A stretch of DNA of 64,000 nucleotides from a virus: positions 1 through 64,000 of IMG/VR virus record IMGVR_UViG_3300008259_000014; one strand, given 5' to 3'. The notes under the pieces were generated by a model that worked only from the letters and a program-made list of their open reading frames with translations, was not told the DNA's origin and did no database searches. A program made the translations under genes and the position numbers. Shown here piece after piece: positions 38,807 to 47,805 of this stretch; positions within the stretch are counted from its first letter, which is position 1, and every line of letters begins with the position of its first letter.

Positions 38807-39913
38807 TTAAAGACTCAACCCCTCTACTACCTCTTTTGAGGAAGAATAATAGAAATCCTCAACATCAGGACACTCTATTGTGAGAATGTCGGAAATACAA
38901 TCTTTCATCATTTTTAACGAATCAAATGATATTAAATTATTTTTATAATACATTTTATATATCTTTACTTCTTCCAAAACATCACACTTCGATATTATCA
39001 ATTTATTTCCGCCACCAGTTTTTAATGCAAAGATAAGACGATCTAGGTTAAGATAGTTTACCTTGCGGCGGCGACCAGTGGTAACACCATATTCTTGTCC
39101 AACTTCTCCAATCTTTTCCAAATCTGGATTATCAAAAAGTGTTTCTGGAAAATCAGGATCTTCACCAGAACGTGTCTCATAAATTTTAGCTACTGCATAA
39201 ATGTTTTTTATTTTCTTTGGAGGAAAGCCAATAGAGCAAGCCGCATATGGAAGTGTCTCACTGGACGTGACATATGGATAATTTCCATAGTTTATATCAA
39301 GATAAAAACCCTGAGCACCCTCGCAAAGTATATTTCCATACAAATTTCCATCAAACAAGAAATCTCTCCAGGCCCTCTTTTTATCTCCAATCTTAAATGT
39401 CCGTTTATTGTCTATCCCGGCTATAGACTCAAATCTTACACCTGTTCTAGAATACTTTTCGCCGTAGGCTGGCGCAATGCCTCTTGAAGTTGTTCCTAGT
39501 TTCTTAGAAAGATTAGACTTATCAAAATCTATATGATTTTCAGACACAATGTGTGCCATTGGCGAAATTTTAACTAAGTCAATATTAAAACCGTTACTAT
39601 CTAGATAGATCAACTCACCCATTAGGGAGTCAAGATTAACAACGCATCCAGGTCCAATAAGAGACTTTATTCCATGAAAGACACCGGATGGAATCAAATG
39701 TGTCTTATATTTTTCACCATTTACATAGACTGTGTGGCCAGCATTTGCCCCTCCACCCCATCTAGCTACAAAATCATAATACTTATTGCCAGATCCATCT
39801 TGTGATGCTTGAGGGTCTAATTGCGATGAAAGATAAGATGAAACCTTGCCTTTACTTTCATCTCCGTAGCTAGCACCATATACAATATCAACAGATACAA
39901 CTTTGCCACTCAT
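38807..39913 (-). CDS. purA: Adenylosuccinate synthetase (short form)
   Basis: GDESKGK, GGANAGHT, GTTSRGI.PAY, EGAQG..LD..YG.YPYVTSS, EYGVTTGRRR, SKCD. Confidence 0.93.
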   Translation of the reverse strand: MSGKVVSVDIVYGASYGDESKGKVSSYLSSQLDPQASQDGSGNKYYDFVARWGGGANAGHTVYVNGEKYKTHLIPSGVFHGIKSLIGPGCVVNLDSLMGELIYLDSNGFNIDLVKISPMAHIVSENHIDFDKSNLSKKLGTTSRGIAPAYGEKYSRTGVRFESIAGIDNKRTFKIGDKKRAWRDFLFDGNLYGNILCEGAQGFYLDINYGNYPYVTSSETLPYAACSIGFPPKKIKNIYAVAKIYETRSGEDPDFPETLFDNPDLEKIGEVGQEYGVTTGRRRKVNYLNLDRLIFALKTGGGNKLIISKCDVLEEVKIYKMYYKNNLISFDSLKMMKDCISDILTIECPDVEDFYYSSSKEVVEGLSL

Positions 39914-40815
39914 TAATCCTCCAGAATTATTTTAAAACTTTCAATATTTATTTGCTTCTTTTTGTTATCATTAATTATAAAATGATATTTATATCCCTTT
40001 TCCTCACAGTATTTTGTTGCCGAGGCAATTTTTGCCTCATTCTTTTCTTTATATTGTTCGTACCAATATGTACTTTTAATTTCAATTAATTTTATTTTAC
40101 CATTAACATTAATTTTAAAGTCTATAAAATATCTGTGTGAATTCCCATTAAATTTATAATATAAAAAAGGACCATCTTCAATTTTTATATTGCTTTCTTC
40201 ACAAAAAGAAACAAAAAGCTTTTCGTAAGACCCTTGAACAAGTATCTTGTCGCCAAACTTTGTTTGGTAATATTCAGCCTTAGCCCTTCCGCCGCCATTT
40301 ATTGCAGCGCGCTGAGCAATCTCCGGTTTAAACATTGGGTTTTCTACCCCATATTTTTCGATGTATGTCTTTCTTGCCTTGGATAAAGTTTCTTTCGACT
40401 GGCCTGGATGCTCAACGCCATGATTTTTTAGACATGTTTTTATCTTCTTATCTTTAGTCTCTTTTAGCTGCGAAGTATTCTCCACCCCATATTTTTCGAG
40501 CATTGTTTTTTTTGATTTTTGCTTTATATGATCAAGTTGAAAATTATTTGTTACACCATATTTTTTAAATAATTCATCATTCTTCATTTTGTTGGCACAC
40601 TTTTTTGAACAAGTCTTTGTGTAGCCAGAATCTAATTCTCTAAATCCTTTGAAGTTTGTTTCAGCTCCGCATATAATACACAGCCCATCTAATTCTTTTT
40701 TTAAATGTTCATCATAATATTGTTTTAAGTTTTTATTATGTTTTAATTTTGTATGTGTTCCAAGATAATTCAACCTACAGCTAAAGCCACATTCAATGCA
40801 TTCTATATTTCTCAT
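39913..40815 (-). CDS. Free-standing PD-(D/E)XK endonuclease with Zn fingers and KYGV repeats (homing-endonuclease-like)
   Basis: CIEC..H..H, CIICG..CSKKC, four K(Y/H)GV-type repeats, QGSYE, YFIDF, IEIKS. Confidence 0.8.
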   Translation of the reverse strand: MRNIECIECGFSCRLNYLGTHTKLKHNKNLKQYYDEHLKKELDGLCIICGAETNFKGFRELDSGYTKTCSKKCANKMKNDELFKKYGVTNNFQLDHIKQKSKKTMLEKYGVENTSQLKETKDKKIKTCLKNHGVEHPGQSKETLSKARKTYIEKYGVENPMFKPEIAQRAAINGGGRAKAEYYQTKFGDKILVQGSYEKLFVSFCEESNIKIEDGPFLYYKFNGNSHRYFIDFKINVNGKIKLIEIKSTYWYEQYKEKNEAKIASATKYCEEKGYKYHFIINDNKKKQINIESFKIILED

Positions 40816-40868
40816 TATTACCTCAGTATAATTATACCAAGGTAGCGACAGTCATATAATCTCCAAAA

Positions 40869-40899
40869 ATTAAAGGCCACCGCGATGGTGGCCTTTAAT
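40869..40899 (-). terminator. Intrinsic terminator with a competing upstream stem
   Basis: ATTAAAGGCCACC / GGTGGCCTTTAAT plus U-tract. Confidence 0.8.
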
Positions 40900-40914
40900 C
40901 CGGCCACCTCTGCT

Positions 40915-40942
40915 ATGGTAACCAGGGATTAGACTGCTGCAA
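40915..40942 (-). promoter_or_regulatory. Promoter TTGCAG-N16-TACCAT
   Basis: Same 16-bp architecture as other sites; TGG before the -10 box. Confidence 0.6.
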
Positions 40943-40947
40943 CAAAA

Positions 40948-42405
40948 TTAAATAACGCCCTTCTTTTCGAGCTTATCTAGGCGGTTTTGCCTTGCAGAAG
41001 TTTTTCCCATATTTTTACTGGCCTGATCAATCTCCCCTCCCCTAGATTCTCTTCTGAATGGAAGTCTTTTTTGCCTTCTACTTTTATTCATAAATGTTTT
41101 AAAAGCCTCTGCTCTTGCTGAAGATACTCCAGCTCCAACAAGTCTATCTGCTAATCTGGCCACCTCTAGAGGTCCCAATGCAGCTCTAACTCTTCCGTCT
41201 CCTCTTCCTATAGGTGCTACATTTTCACTTGCTCCGTCTTTTATGTAAAACTGTGGATTTCCTGAGTTTACAGAATCTATAGTTAAGAATATCTGATCTT
41301 TTCCAAATGTTCCTATTGATACTGCTGGCCTTCCGTTTACAGTTTCAGATACTAAGCCTCCAGTTGATGCTGGTGCTGGTGTTACTGGCGCTGCTGCTGG
41401 CGTTGGTGTTACTGCGGCTGGTGCTACTGGAGTGTTTACTGCTGGAGTTGCTTCTTTAATTTCTTCAACTTCTCCATTGCTAATTTGATTATTTAGAATT
41501 CTTGCAAAATTGTTCCAATTTCTGTAATTGCCTGGGGTTAACTTCTTTTCTATTTCATTATCTTTGCTTACAAAAACCTCATTATTGCTAATAATTCTAT
41601 ATTGGTATCCATTTCTTTGATCTTTGTAAGTTTTACCAATATATCCTGCTACTATTAGAGTTGTGGCAGGTCTTACAACCGGACTTGTTTGTGCGGCGCG
41701 ACTTGAGGTCATTCTTTCTGCTAACTGATAACCATCATCTCCAGGATGTGCAATACTTTTAGGAACTCCGTCTATAGTTTCAGGAACCCTCATTGCATTC
41801 TGTTTCTCAATATATCTTTCTTGCAATATACTTATATATTTTAAGTTTTCAATTATCTTATCAACGTTTCTGTATAAACCGTATATACCTTTATTGTCTG
41901 CTTCATTAATAATTTTTATTGCAAAATTTTCAGCATTAAATGGTTTTTTTAAAAGTTCTTCAGTAGCAGTATTAACAAGATATTCTACAGATTTAGAAGG
42001 TAGACCACTAAGATCTCCTCCAGGGCCTGTTACATAATCCTCATTTAAGATTGTTCTTATATGAATTCCCACCTGTCTTTTGAGATCTTCATAGTCAGAT
42101 ATTTTCTCATCTTCTTGCGCAACTTTTATCAAATTCTTATAACCAATTCCGCTCAATGCATGATTTAACTTAATTAATTCTTTTTTCATTTCATATCCTA
42201 TCTTATAATTAAAAAATTTATTTGAAGCCAAAACAGCCTCGCCGGAATGGTCCAAATTTTCAAAACCATCCACTTCCATTGTATTAAATCCAGATTTATT
42301 AGCAGATTCAGCGTCTTCTTCTTTGAATTCACTAACTTCTACATTTTCAGAACCAGGCACATTTTGTGCTGGCATTGATAAAAGACCTGTTGCCAACTTT
42401 CTCAT
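40948..42405 (-). CDS. Multi-domain protein with P/A/T-rich linker and K-x-A motifs (putative virion-internal protein)
   Basis: MRKLA, NLIKVAQ, PAVNTPVAPAAVTPTPAAAPVTPAPA. Confidence 0.6.
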   Translation of the reverse strand: MRKLATGLLSMPAQNVPGSENVEVSEFKEEDAESANKSGFNTMEVDGFENLDHSGEAVLASNKFFNYKIGYEMKKELIKLNHALSGIGYKNLIKVAQEDEKISDYEDLKRQVGIHIRTILNEDYVTGPGGDLSGLPSKSVEYLVNTATEELLKKPFNAENFAIKIINEADNKGIYGLYRNVDKIIENLKYISILQERYIEKQNAMRVPETIDGVPKSIAHPGDDGYQLAERMTSSRAAQTSPVVRPATTLIVAGYIGKTYKDQRNGYQYRIISNNEVFVSKDNEIEKKLTPGNYRNWNNFARILNNQISNGEVEEIKEATPAVNTPVAPAAVTPTPAAAPVTPAPASTGGLVSETVNGRPAVSIGTFGKDQIFLTIDSVNSGNPQFYIKDGASENVAPIGRGDGRVRAALGPLEVARLADRLVGAGVSSARAEAFKTFMNKSRRQKRLPFRRESRGGEIDQASKNMGKTSARQNRLDKLEKKGVI

Positions 42406-42932
42406 CTTTTTACTTTTCCATTTTTTTCATTAGAGAACTCGTTAGCCATTTTTCCCAATAAGCCTCTATAGTAAGCTAGCTTTACATCCTGTGGAAGCTG
42501 CGGAATAAAAGCCTTTTCTGCTGATTCTGCTCTGCCTTCTCCACCTGGAAAATCACCAGTAGATGGATTGAAGTCTTCAATGTGAGCATGCTCATGCATT
42601 AAAACTTGAGCAATTTGACCTAGCACTTGTGCAAATTGATCTTCTGATATATTCTGCGGCATATTTGGCAATACAAAATGAATCTTGTCAATTTTTCCGT
42701 TATCATTCTTATCTGCACTTGAAACATAAGCTATTGATTCTGGCTTGTCAGATGGCTTTTGAGCATCAAAAACTATTTTATCAGCACTATTTAGAATAGT
42801 TTTTATTTCTGGCTTTAAATTCGTAATCTTTAAAAGCTCTCCCTTCATCTTCATCCAATAACTAGGAGGAGAACCCTTTGGAGGCTCATTTTGAAGCTGG
42901 GCAGTTTTATGAATCTTAAAATTATATGACAT
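42402..42932 (-). CDS. HExxH metallopeptidase-like protein
   Basis: VLMHEHAH...GEGRAE; N-terminal KTAQ. Confidence 0.6.
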   Translation of the reverse strand: MSYNFKIHKTAQLQNEPPKGSPPSYWMKMKGELLKITNLKPEIKTILNSADKIVFDAQKPSDKPESIAYVSSADKNDNGKIDKIHFVLPNMPQNISEDQFAQVLGQIAQVLMHEHAHIEDFNPSTGDFPGGEGRAESAEKAFIPQLPQDVKLAYYRGLLGKMANEFSNEKNGKVKR

Positions 42933-42970
42933 ATTTTTTGACCTACAAAATAGATTATTTAATTAATAGA

Positions 42971-43321
42971 TCAATCTGTTTGTCTTGCAATCTTTAATAA
43001 TTCTGCCAAAATCTCTAGTCTTGACTTCTTTATTGTTGGAGCTCTTTTTGGCTTTCTTGCTCCACCGCCTGCTGACTGACTAGGCTTTGTTTTTTCTGCT
43101 TTTCTTTTCTTTCTTATTGAAGATTCTTCTTCCTTGCTAGAAAGCTCTCTTGTTGTAACTGGAGTTTCCTTAGTTACTCTCTTTGAAGGTCTGCATTTTG
43201 GATATGCGCCAGAATCAGCATCTGGTCTTCCGCACTCTTTATATTTTCCAGATTTATCCTTCTTAGATATATCAACCCACTTTTCAGAAAACCATCTGTC
43301 CAATTCTGCTTCTTTTATCAT
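42971..43321 (-). CDS. Basic virus-associated protein (DUF5872-like)
   Basis: RWFSEKWVD...CGR...YPKCRPSKRV..TP.T. Confidence 0.6.
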   Translation of the reverse strand: MIKEAELDRWFSEKWVDISKKDKSGKYKECGRPDADSGAYPKCRPSKRVTKETPVTTRELSSKEEESSIRKKRKAEKTKPSQSAGGGARKPKRAPTIKKSRLEILAELLKIARQTD

Positions 43322-44514
43322 ATTTTTTTCTTACCTCTCCATCCACCACCATGCTCTTTATACCACTTTAGAGCATATCCATTGGCATAAGCACTAGGAT
43401 AAACGTCGTACTTCCTCTTAGCCTCTGCTATAGCCCTTGACCACAAAGGTTTGTTTGTTGGAGTTCTTTTCTTTTTTTTAGCTGCAACTTTATTTAAGTC
43501 TTTTAGAGCTTTTCCTAATTTCTTTAATAACGTATTTAGCCTTTCATCAGAGTACTTTATATTTTTATCATTATCTAATTCTATTTTTCCAGAATTTACA
43601 AGATACTTGACTGTGGCATCTATATTTTCTTTTATTTTTTCATTTAACTCTTTGACGCCAAGAATATCACATATGTCTTTATATGCAGACTCTGAAGAAT
43701 ATTTTAATGAATAATCAGTCATTGGCAAGATAACAATAAATTGATTTACATTGTCTAAACTTAAAATAGAATAATCAAATCCTCTTTCTAATCTTTTCTG
43801 CATAAACAATACAACATCTTCTGCTGTCTTGAAATTTTTGTCACCTAATACTATATTCGTAAGGTTTTGAGATGTTTTTTCAAAATTACTTTTTATTGTT
43901 TCAAAGCTTTTAGTCAAGCTATCAACCTTTGCTTCATTAAGCCTTGTTGAATAACCTTTGATTCTTGCCTTTTCCAAATCTTGTTTAGCTTTGTCTAGAG
44001 CATCTTGTGCAGAAATAAACTCAGGCTTTAGCTTTAAAAACTCTTCAAAATATGGCTTTGCATTTGTACACCAAACAGGCAAAACTCTATATTCATTATC
44101 TAGTATAGTAGGAATTTTTTCTTGTACAGGCCTTGATTCAACTTCTGCTTTTTCCTGTTTCTTTTTGGGAGTTCCATCCCATTCATTAAATATTTCACTT
44201 GGAAGGCTGCCTCCAAAAATATCTCTCATGTAGGGGTAATAATCTAGAGCTTTAAAGGCTCTTTTCCATGACTGAACTTCATTTCTATTCTCTCCCTCCA
44301 TAGAGGCGGAAAGAGTTATGAATATTGGCTTTCCTATAGTTTCAGGATCGGCACCCTTTACATTTAAATAAACTGGAGATCTTTTTTCGCCATACTCATT
44401 AATATATTTTGGAGGATGATATTTATAATGCTTCCCTCCATATACCTCTTCAAATCCGGCTCTAAGCATTAAGCGTACAAAATCTGAAGAGTCTCCAGCT
44501 AATTTATCGAACAT
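43318..44514 (-). CDS. Protein with HicA-like N-terminus and basic C-terminal virus-associated domain
   Basis: LRAGFEEVYGGKHYKYHP; PTNKPLW..A..EAK.KY.VYPSAYA...WYK..GGGW. Confidence 0.55.
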   Translation of the reverse strand: MFDKLAGDSSDFVRLMLRAGFEEVYGGKHYKYHPPKYINEYGEKRSPVYLNVKGADPETIGKPIFITLSASMEGENRNEVQSWKRAFKALDYYPYMRDIFGGSLPSEIFNEWDGTPKKKQEKAEVESRPVQEKIPTILDNEYRVLPVWCTNAKPYFEEFLKLKPEFISAQDALDKAKQDLEKARIKGYSTRLNEAKVDSLTKSFETIKSNFEKTSQNLTNIVLGDKNFKTAEDVVLFMQKRLERGFDYSILSLDNVNQFIVILPMTDYSLKYSSESAYKDICDILGVKELNEKIKENIDATVKYLVNSGKIELDNDKNIKYSDERLNTLLKKLGKALKDLNKVAAKKKKRTPTNKPLWSRAIAEAKRKYDVYPSAYANGYALKWYKEHGGGWRGKKKI

Positions 44515-44555
44515 TTAATCTCCTAAACTAAAACATAATTTTTAATTAATAGAGA

Positions 44556-44936
44556 CTATATAATAACTTTTGTACAACGAATTTTTCTCTTTTCCGCTTC
44601 TTTTATTTCCAAATCATTATCATCATAATGATGATCTATTTTCAACTCTAGAAGCTTTGAATATTTCAAACCTCCTGTAAAGTGAAAATCATAAAAATAA
44701 TTGAGCAACCCAGACTGACTTAAGAAAGATAATACAAAATTTCTATTTTCAGTAGTGTCTGGTCTTGCAGTAACTAAATAAACTTTGCCGTTAGCATAAG
44801 CAGACATAATCTCCTCAACTATTTTTTTATTTAGTTTTCCAGTCATTGAAGATCTAATTGTATCATCAAAATCAAAAGATGTATTTAGTGATGAGGCAAT
44901 TTTAAAAAGATTATTTATTTTAATCGCTCTATTCAA
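44556..44936 (-). CDS. HAD-family phosphatase (likely TTG start 44936)
   Basis: FDFDDT, LVTAR, K, HYDD. Confidence 0.85.
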   Translation of the reverse strand: MNRAIKINNLFKIASSLNTSFDFDDTIRSSMTGKLNKKIVEEIMSAYANGKVYLVTARPDTTENRNFVLSFLSQSGLLNYFYDFHFTGGLKYSKLLELKIDHHYDDNDLEIKEAEKRKIRCTKVII

Positions 44937-44937
44937 T

Positions 44938-45672
44938 TTAACTCCAGTTTGAAAATTTCTTAGATAATCTTTGAATTTCTTCATTTGAAAGATTTGGAAT
45001 CTTATCATAAGAATTATAATAATAGTGAAAATTTTCCTTAAAGAAATTTTTAAATATTTGTTTGTTTTGAGAAACCTGTTGATATTTATTTATCAATCCT
45101 TTGTCCCCCTCGACGGGGATTGATCTGTCTCTTTTCATATTTCCTTCTAGTGCCATATCCAGACTACCATCTACATATAGCATCTTTACAGAATAACCTC
45201 TTTCCATAAAAAGGTTGGCAAGCTCAATTGTCTTTGCGGAATCAGACCCAGTTATATTTATTATCAAACCCTGCCCCTTTTCGGCAGTATTTTGGTGAGC
45301 CTTGTCAATTACCCTAAAGACGTCTTCTCTAATTCTATACATTTTCTCTAATTGCTCTTCTGAGTACTCGTTCATTTTTAATGGCATTTTTTCTTTTCTT
45401 AAGAGATTCTGAAGAAAGAAATCAGAGTCATAACTTTTAAAACCAAGACCTCCCAGCACTAAGCTAGATATGGTGGACTTACCTATACCTGGAGGGCCAG
45501 CAGTTATTACAAGCTTTTTTGCGGCATTAAAATTATAGCTTGCATTTTTATAGATAATATTATCTATAATTTTTGACTCACTAAAATGACTCATTGCTTT
45601 TAATAATGAGGAAAGCTGAGTTAAATAACTCAAATAACCGTTATTTACAATTGCCTCATCTAACTCTACCAT
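44938..45672 (-). CDS. P-loop kinase, zeta-toxin/Pnk-like (likely start 45672)
   Basis: AGPPGIGKST, DSD, lid N..RDRS. Confidence 0.8.
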   Translation of the reverse strand: MVELDEAIVNNGYLSYLTQLSSLLKAMSHFSESKIIDNIIYKNASYNFNAAKKLVITAGPPGIGKSTISSLVLGGLGFKSYDSDFFLQNLLRKEKMPLKMNEYSEEQLEKMYRIREDVFRVIDKAHQNTAEKGQGLIINITGSDSAKTIELANLFMERGYSVKMLYVDGSLDMALEGNMKRDRSIPVEGDKGLINKYQQVSQNKQIFKNFFKENFHYYYNSYDKIPNLSNEEIQRLSKKFSNWS

Positions 45673-45708
45673 TGGTCCTCTCCAGAAATGTGCATCACCA
45701 CGCTTCAA

Positions 45709-45778
45709 TATTTAGCCAGGAAAATTTTCTTGGCAATTTTTTATTTTTGTTGACAAGGTTGCCAAATACGCTTAGTAT
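45709..45778. promoter_or_regulatory. Back-to-back promoter candidates: minus TTGCCA-N16-TAAATA (45709-45736) and plus TTGACA-N17-TAGTAT (45750-45778)
   Basis: Shared A/T tract between the two -35 boxes. Confidence 0.55.
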
Positions 45779-45819
45779 ATATTTAAGCAGCCTAGGTTTG
45801 TAAAATTCCACCAAACGCA

Positions 45820-46014
45820 TCACCTTCTCTTGATGGAATTTACCCACTCCGGTAGCCTAAGTATTATCCTGCTTTCTAGCAGCCTTAGATTTCCGCCCTT
45901 CTTCCTGCCCTCGTTTAGTAGAGCTATGGCAAACGCTATAGTCCTGTTTAGTTCTTTTTTTGGTATTTTGTTTGCCTTTGCATTCAAGTGTATTAAACTT
46001 ATTATATCTATCAT
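45820..46014 (-). CDS. Small basic hypothetical protein
   Basis: ATGA overlap with the upstream gene. Confidence 0.45.
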   Translation of the reverse strand: MIDIISLIHLNAKANKIPKKELNRTIAFAIALLNEGRKKGGNLRLLESRIILRLPEWVNSIKRR

Positions 46015-46421
46015 GTATAAACAACCTTTCTAGGTCCTTTTTCAGGCTTTATCCAGTTTTTAGATATGGTAATTATATCTATTGTATTCTGCCTTATTAC
46101 TGAGAAAAACATATTAAATGCTACAGCTCTTTTTCCGCGGCTTATTGTTCTTATTTCTATAAATTCTTTTTTAGAAGGGTCTTGCTTTGAAACAAACATA
46201 TGCTTTACATTTGCTGAAGAAGCTGCAAAGTCATTTGCAATGATATCGTTTAGTTCAAAATTTCTAGTGCGACTAAAATCATCTCGGCCATTTTGGCCTG
46301 CAAAATATTCTCTGTATTTCTTTCTAACAGTTGTAGAGATCCTTATTTGTTTTCCAGAAGCACCATCTATAATGGTAGAATCTTCAATTAGTGCTGTTTT
46401 TGTAATATAATCATTGTTCAT
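46011..46421 (-). CDS. Hypothetical protein with N-terminal KTA motif (likely start MNNDY)
   Basis: Start follows a terminator and CTAATATT. Confidence 0.55.
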   Translation of the reverse strand: MNNDYITKTALIEDSTIIDGASGKQIRISTTVRKKYREYFAGQNGRDDFSRTRNFELNDIIANDFAASSANVKHMFVSKQDPSKKEFIEIRTISRGKRAVAFNMFFSVIRQNTIDIITISKNWIKPEKGPRKVVYT

Positions 46422-46450
46422 AAAGACTTGAGAAAATATTAGTAAAAAAA

Positions 46451-46470
46451 AAGGAGCCATATGGCTCCTT
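46451..46470. terminator. Intrinsic terminator, possibly bidirectional
   Basis: AAGGAGCCATATGGCTCCTT flanked by A and T tracts. Confidence 0.8.
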
Positions 46471-46475
46471 TAATT

Positions 46476-46808
46476 TTATCCCTCTTCTTCCTCTTCCTCT
46501 TCGTTCATACCATCCTCATAGTCAACATTGAGGGCAAGAAACTTGTAAAAGGATTCATTATCTTTTATAAAGAGATCTTTTTTATCTTTGGATAGCTTCT
46601 CGTATCCAAGAGATAGGTTTACAACCTTTTTATGATCAAGATAGCTTGAAATGGCGCTTGTTTTTACACCAATGATTGTATCATCTGGCATGATAATCAG
46701 GCTTTCTACAACCGACTGATCTGCCTCCCAGTCATAGGCAGAATCCTTTAGAAATCTGCGAATATAATTCTTATGAATAGGTGATGTTAGCCATTTTACA
46801 TTACTCAT
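46476..46808 (-). CDS. Hypothetical protein with acidic tail
   Basis: ORF within operon. Confidence 0.55.
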   Translation of the reverse strand: MSNVKWLTSPIHKNYIRRFLKDSAYDWEADQSVVESLIIMPDDTIIGVKTSAISSYLDHKKVVNLSLGYEKLSKDKKDLFIKDNESFYKFLALNVDYEDGMNEEEEEEEG

Positions 46809-47805
46809 TGTACATTCTCCGCTTTAGTGTTTCTTTAGCTCTGTAAGATGAGAAGCTGACAAATCTCCAAATTGAGTCATCTGGAGCAAGCCTTGCTATT
46901 ACATCTTGTACATTCTCATGTCGTACATCCTGAAAGGTACTAAGTATTTCTTCTGTATTTTTATACAGAGAATAAATCTCAGGTGTGAAAAAAGTCTCAA
47001 CTGCAATCATGCAAGCTTGTGAGCTTTGCTCTGATCTAATCTTTCTAGCAGTCTTTTTATTCAAAAGTCCATGCTTAATAAAAACCGAGTATGCCTGACC
47101 GCGAGCAAATGGAGTCTTATGCTTAAATTCATCAAAGCAAATCTTTTTCATTGCAAAAGCAACATAATCTTTTGGAAGCAATTTTATTATTCTTTCAATA
47201 TTTGAAAAGTTAATAGGTGCAAACCTTTCGCTTGAAATACGAATTATATAAGTCCATATAGATATTGATAAAATCCTTTTTAAATCAAAAGATTCAGGAT
47301 TATTTTCTATTGATTTTAGTAGCAAGTTATTTTCATTGCTAATAAAATCAAGTGCAGTGTCACGATCTCCTGCTAGAAGATTGTTTAGATCAGCCTCTAC
47401 AATACTCTTTAGAGAAGGTAAATTATCTACATTAATTTTATACACATTAATAATATTATTAAACCATTCTCTTTGTATGCAAAAAATATCTTTATATTTA
47501 TTAAATAATTTTTCGTCACTTACAATGGCATTAATATCGCTTTTTATATTTTTGTCGTTTAAATAGCCCCAGCTAAAAGATTTTATTAGGCCAACTTTTG
47601 CAATATATTCAAACATGTCATTTGTGCTCTCAAGAATCTCATAATATGTTTTGCAACCAAAAATATGCTTTACTTCTCTAGAGCTGTCATACAGCGGCTT
47701 TGGATAAGAGTCTTCAAAAGATACTACTTCACCATCATCTTCATCTTCATCAGATGAGTCATTGCTTACTGAAACCTTTGCTGCCATGGTTAAATTTTTA
47801 ATCAT
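46801..47805 (-). CDS. Hypothetical alpha-helical protein
   Basis: Long ORF; C-terminus weakly resembles 36534..37583. Confidence 0.6.
   Translation of the reverse strand: MIKNLTMAAKVSVSNDSSDEDEDDGEVVSFEDSYPKPLYDSSREVKHIFGCKTYYEILESTNDMFEYIAKVGLIKSFSWGYLNDKNIKSDINAIVSDEKLFNKYKDIFCIQREWFNNIINVYKINVDNLPSLKSIVEADLNNLLAGDRDTALDFISNENNLLLKSIENNPESFDLKRILSISIWTYIIRISSERFAPINFSNIERIIKLLPKDYVAFAMKKICFDEFKHKTPFARGQAYSVFIKHGLLNKKTARKIRSEQSSQACMIAVETFFTPEIYSLYKNTEEILSTFQDVRHENVQDVIARLAPDDSIWRFVSFSSYRAKETLKRRMYNE

Noticed and set aside
38807-39913. PurZ / 2-aminoadenine (Z-genome) pathway
   Set aside because: The catalytic Asp is retained (GDESKG, not GSTGKG) and the TTGRRR loop is PurA-type; no dATPase or MazZ-like gene is recognisable nearby.
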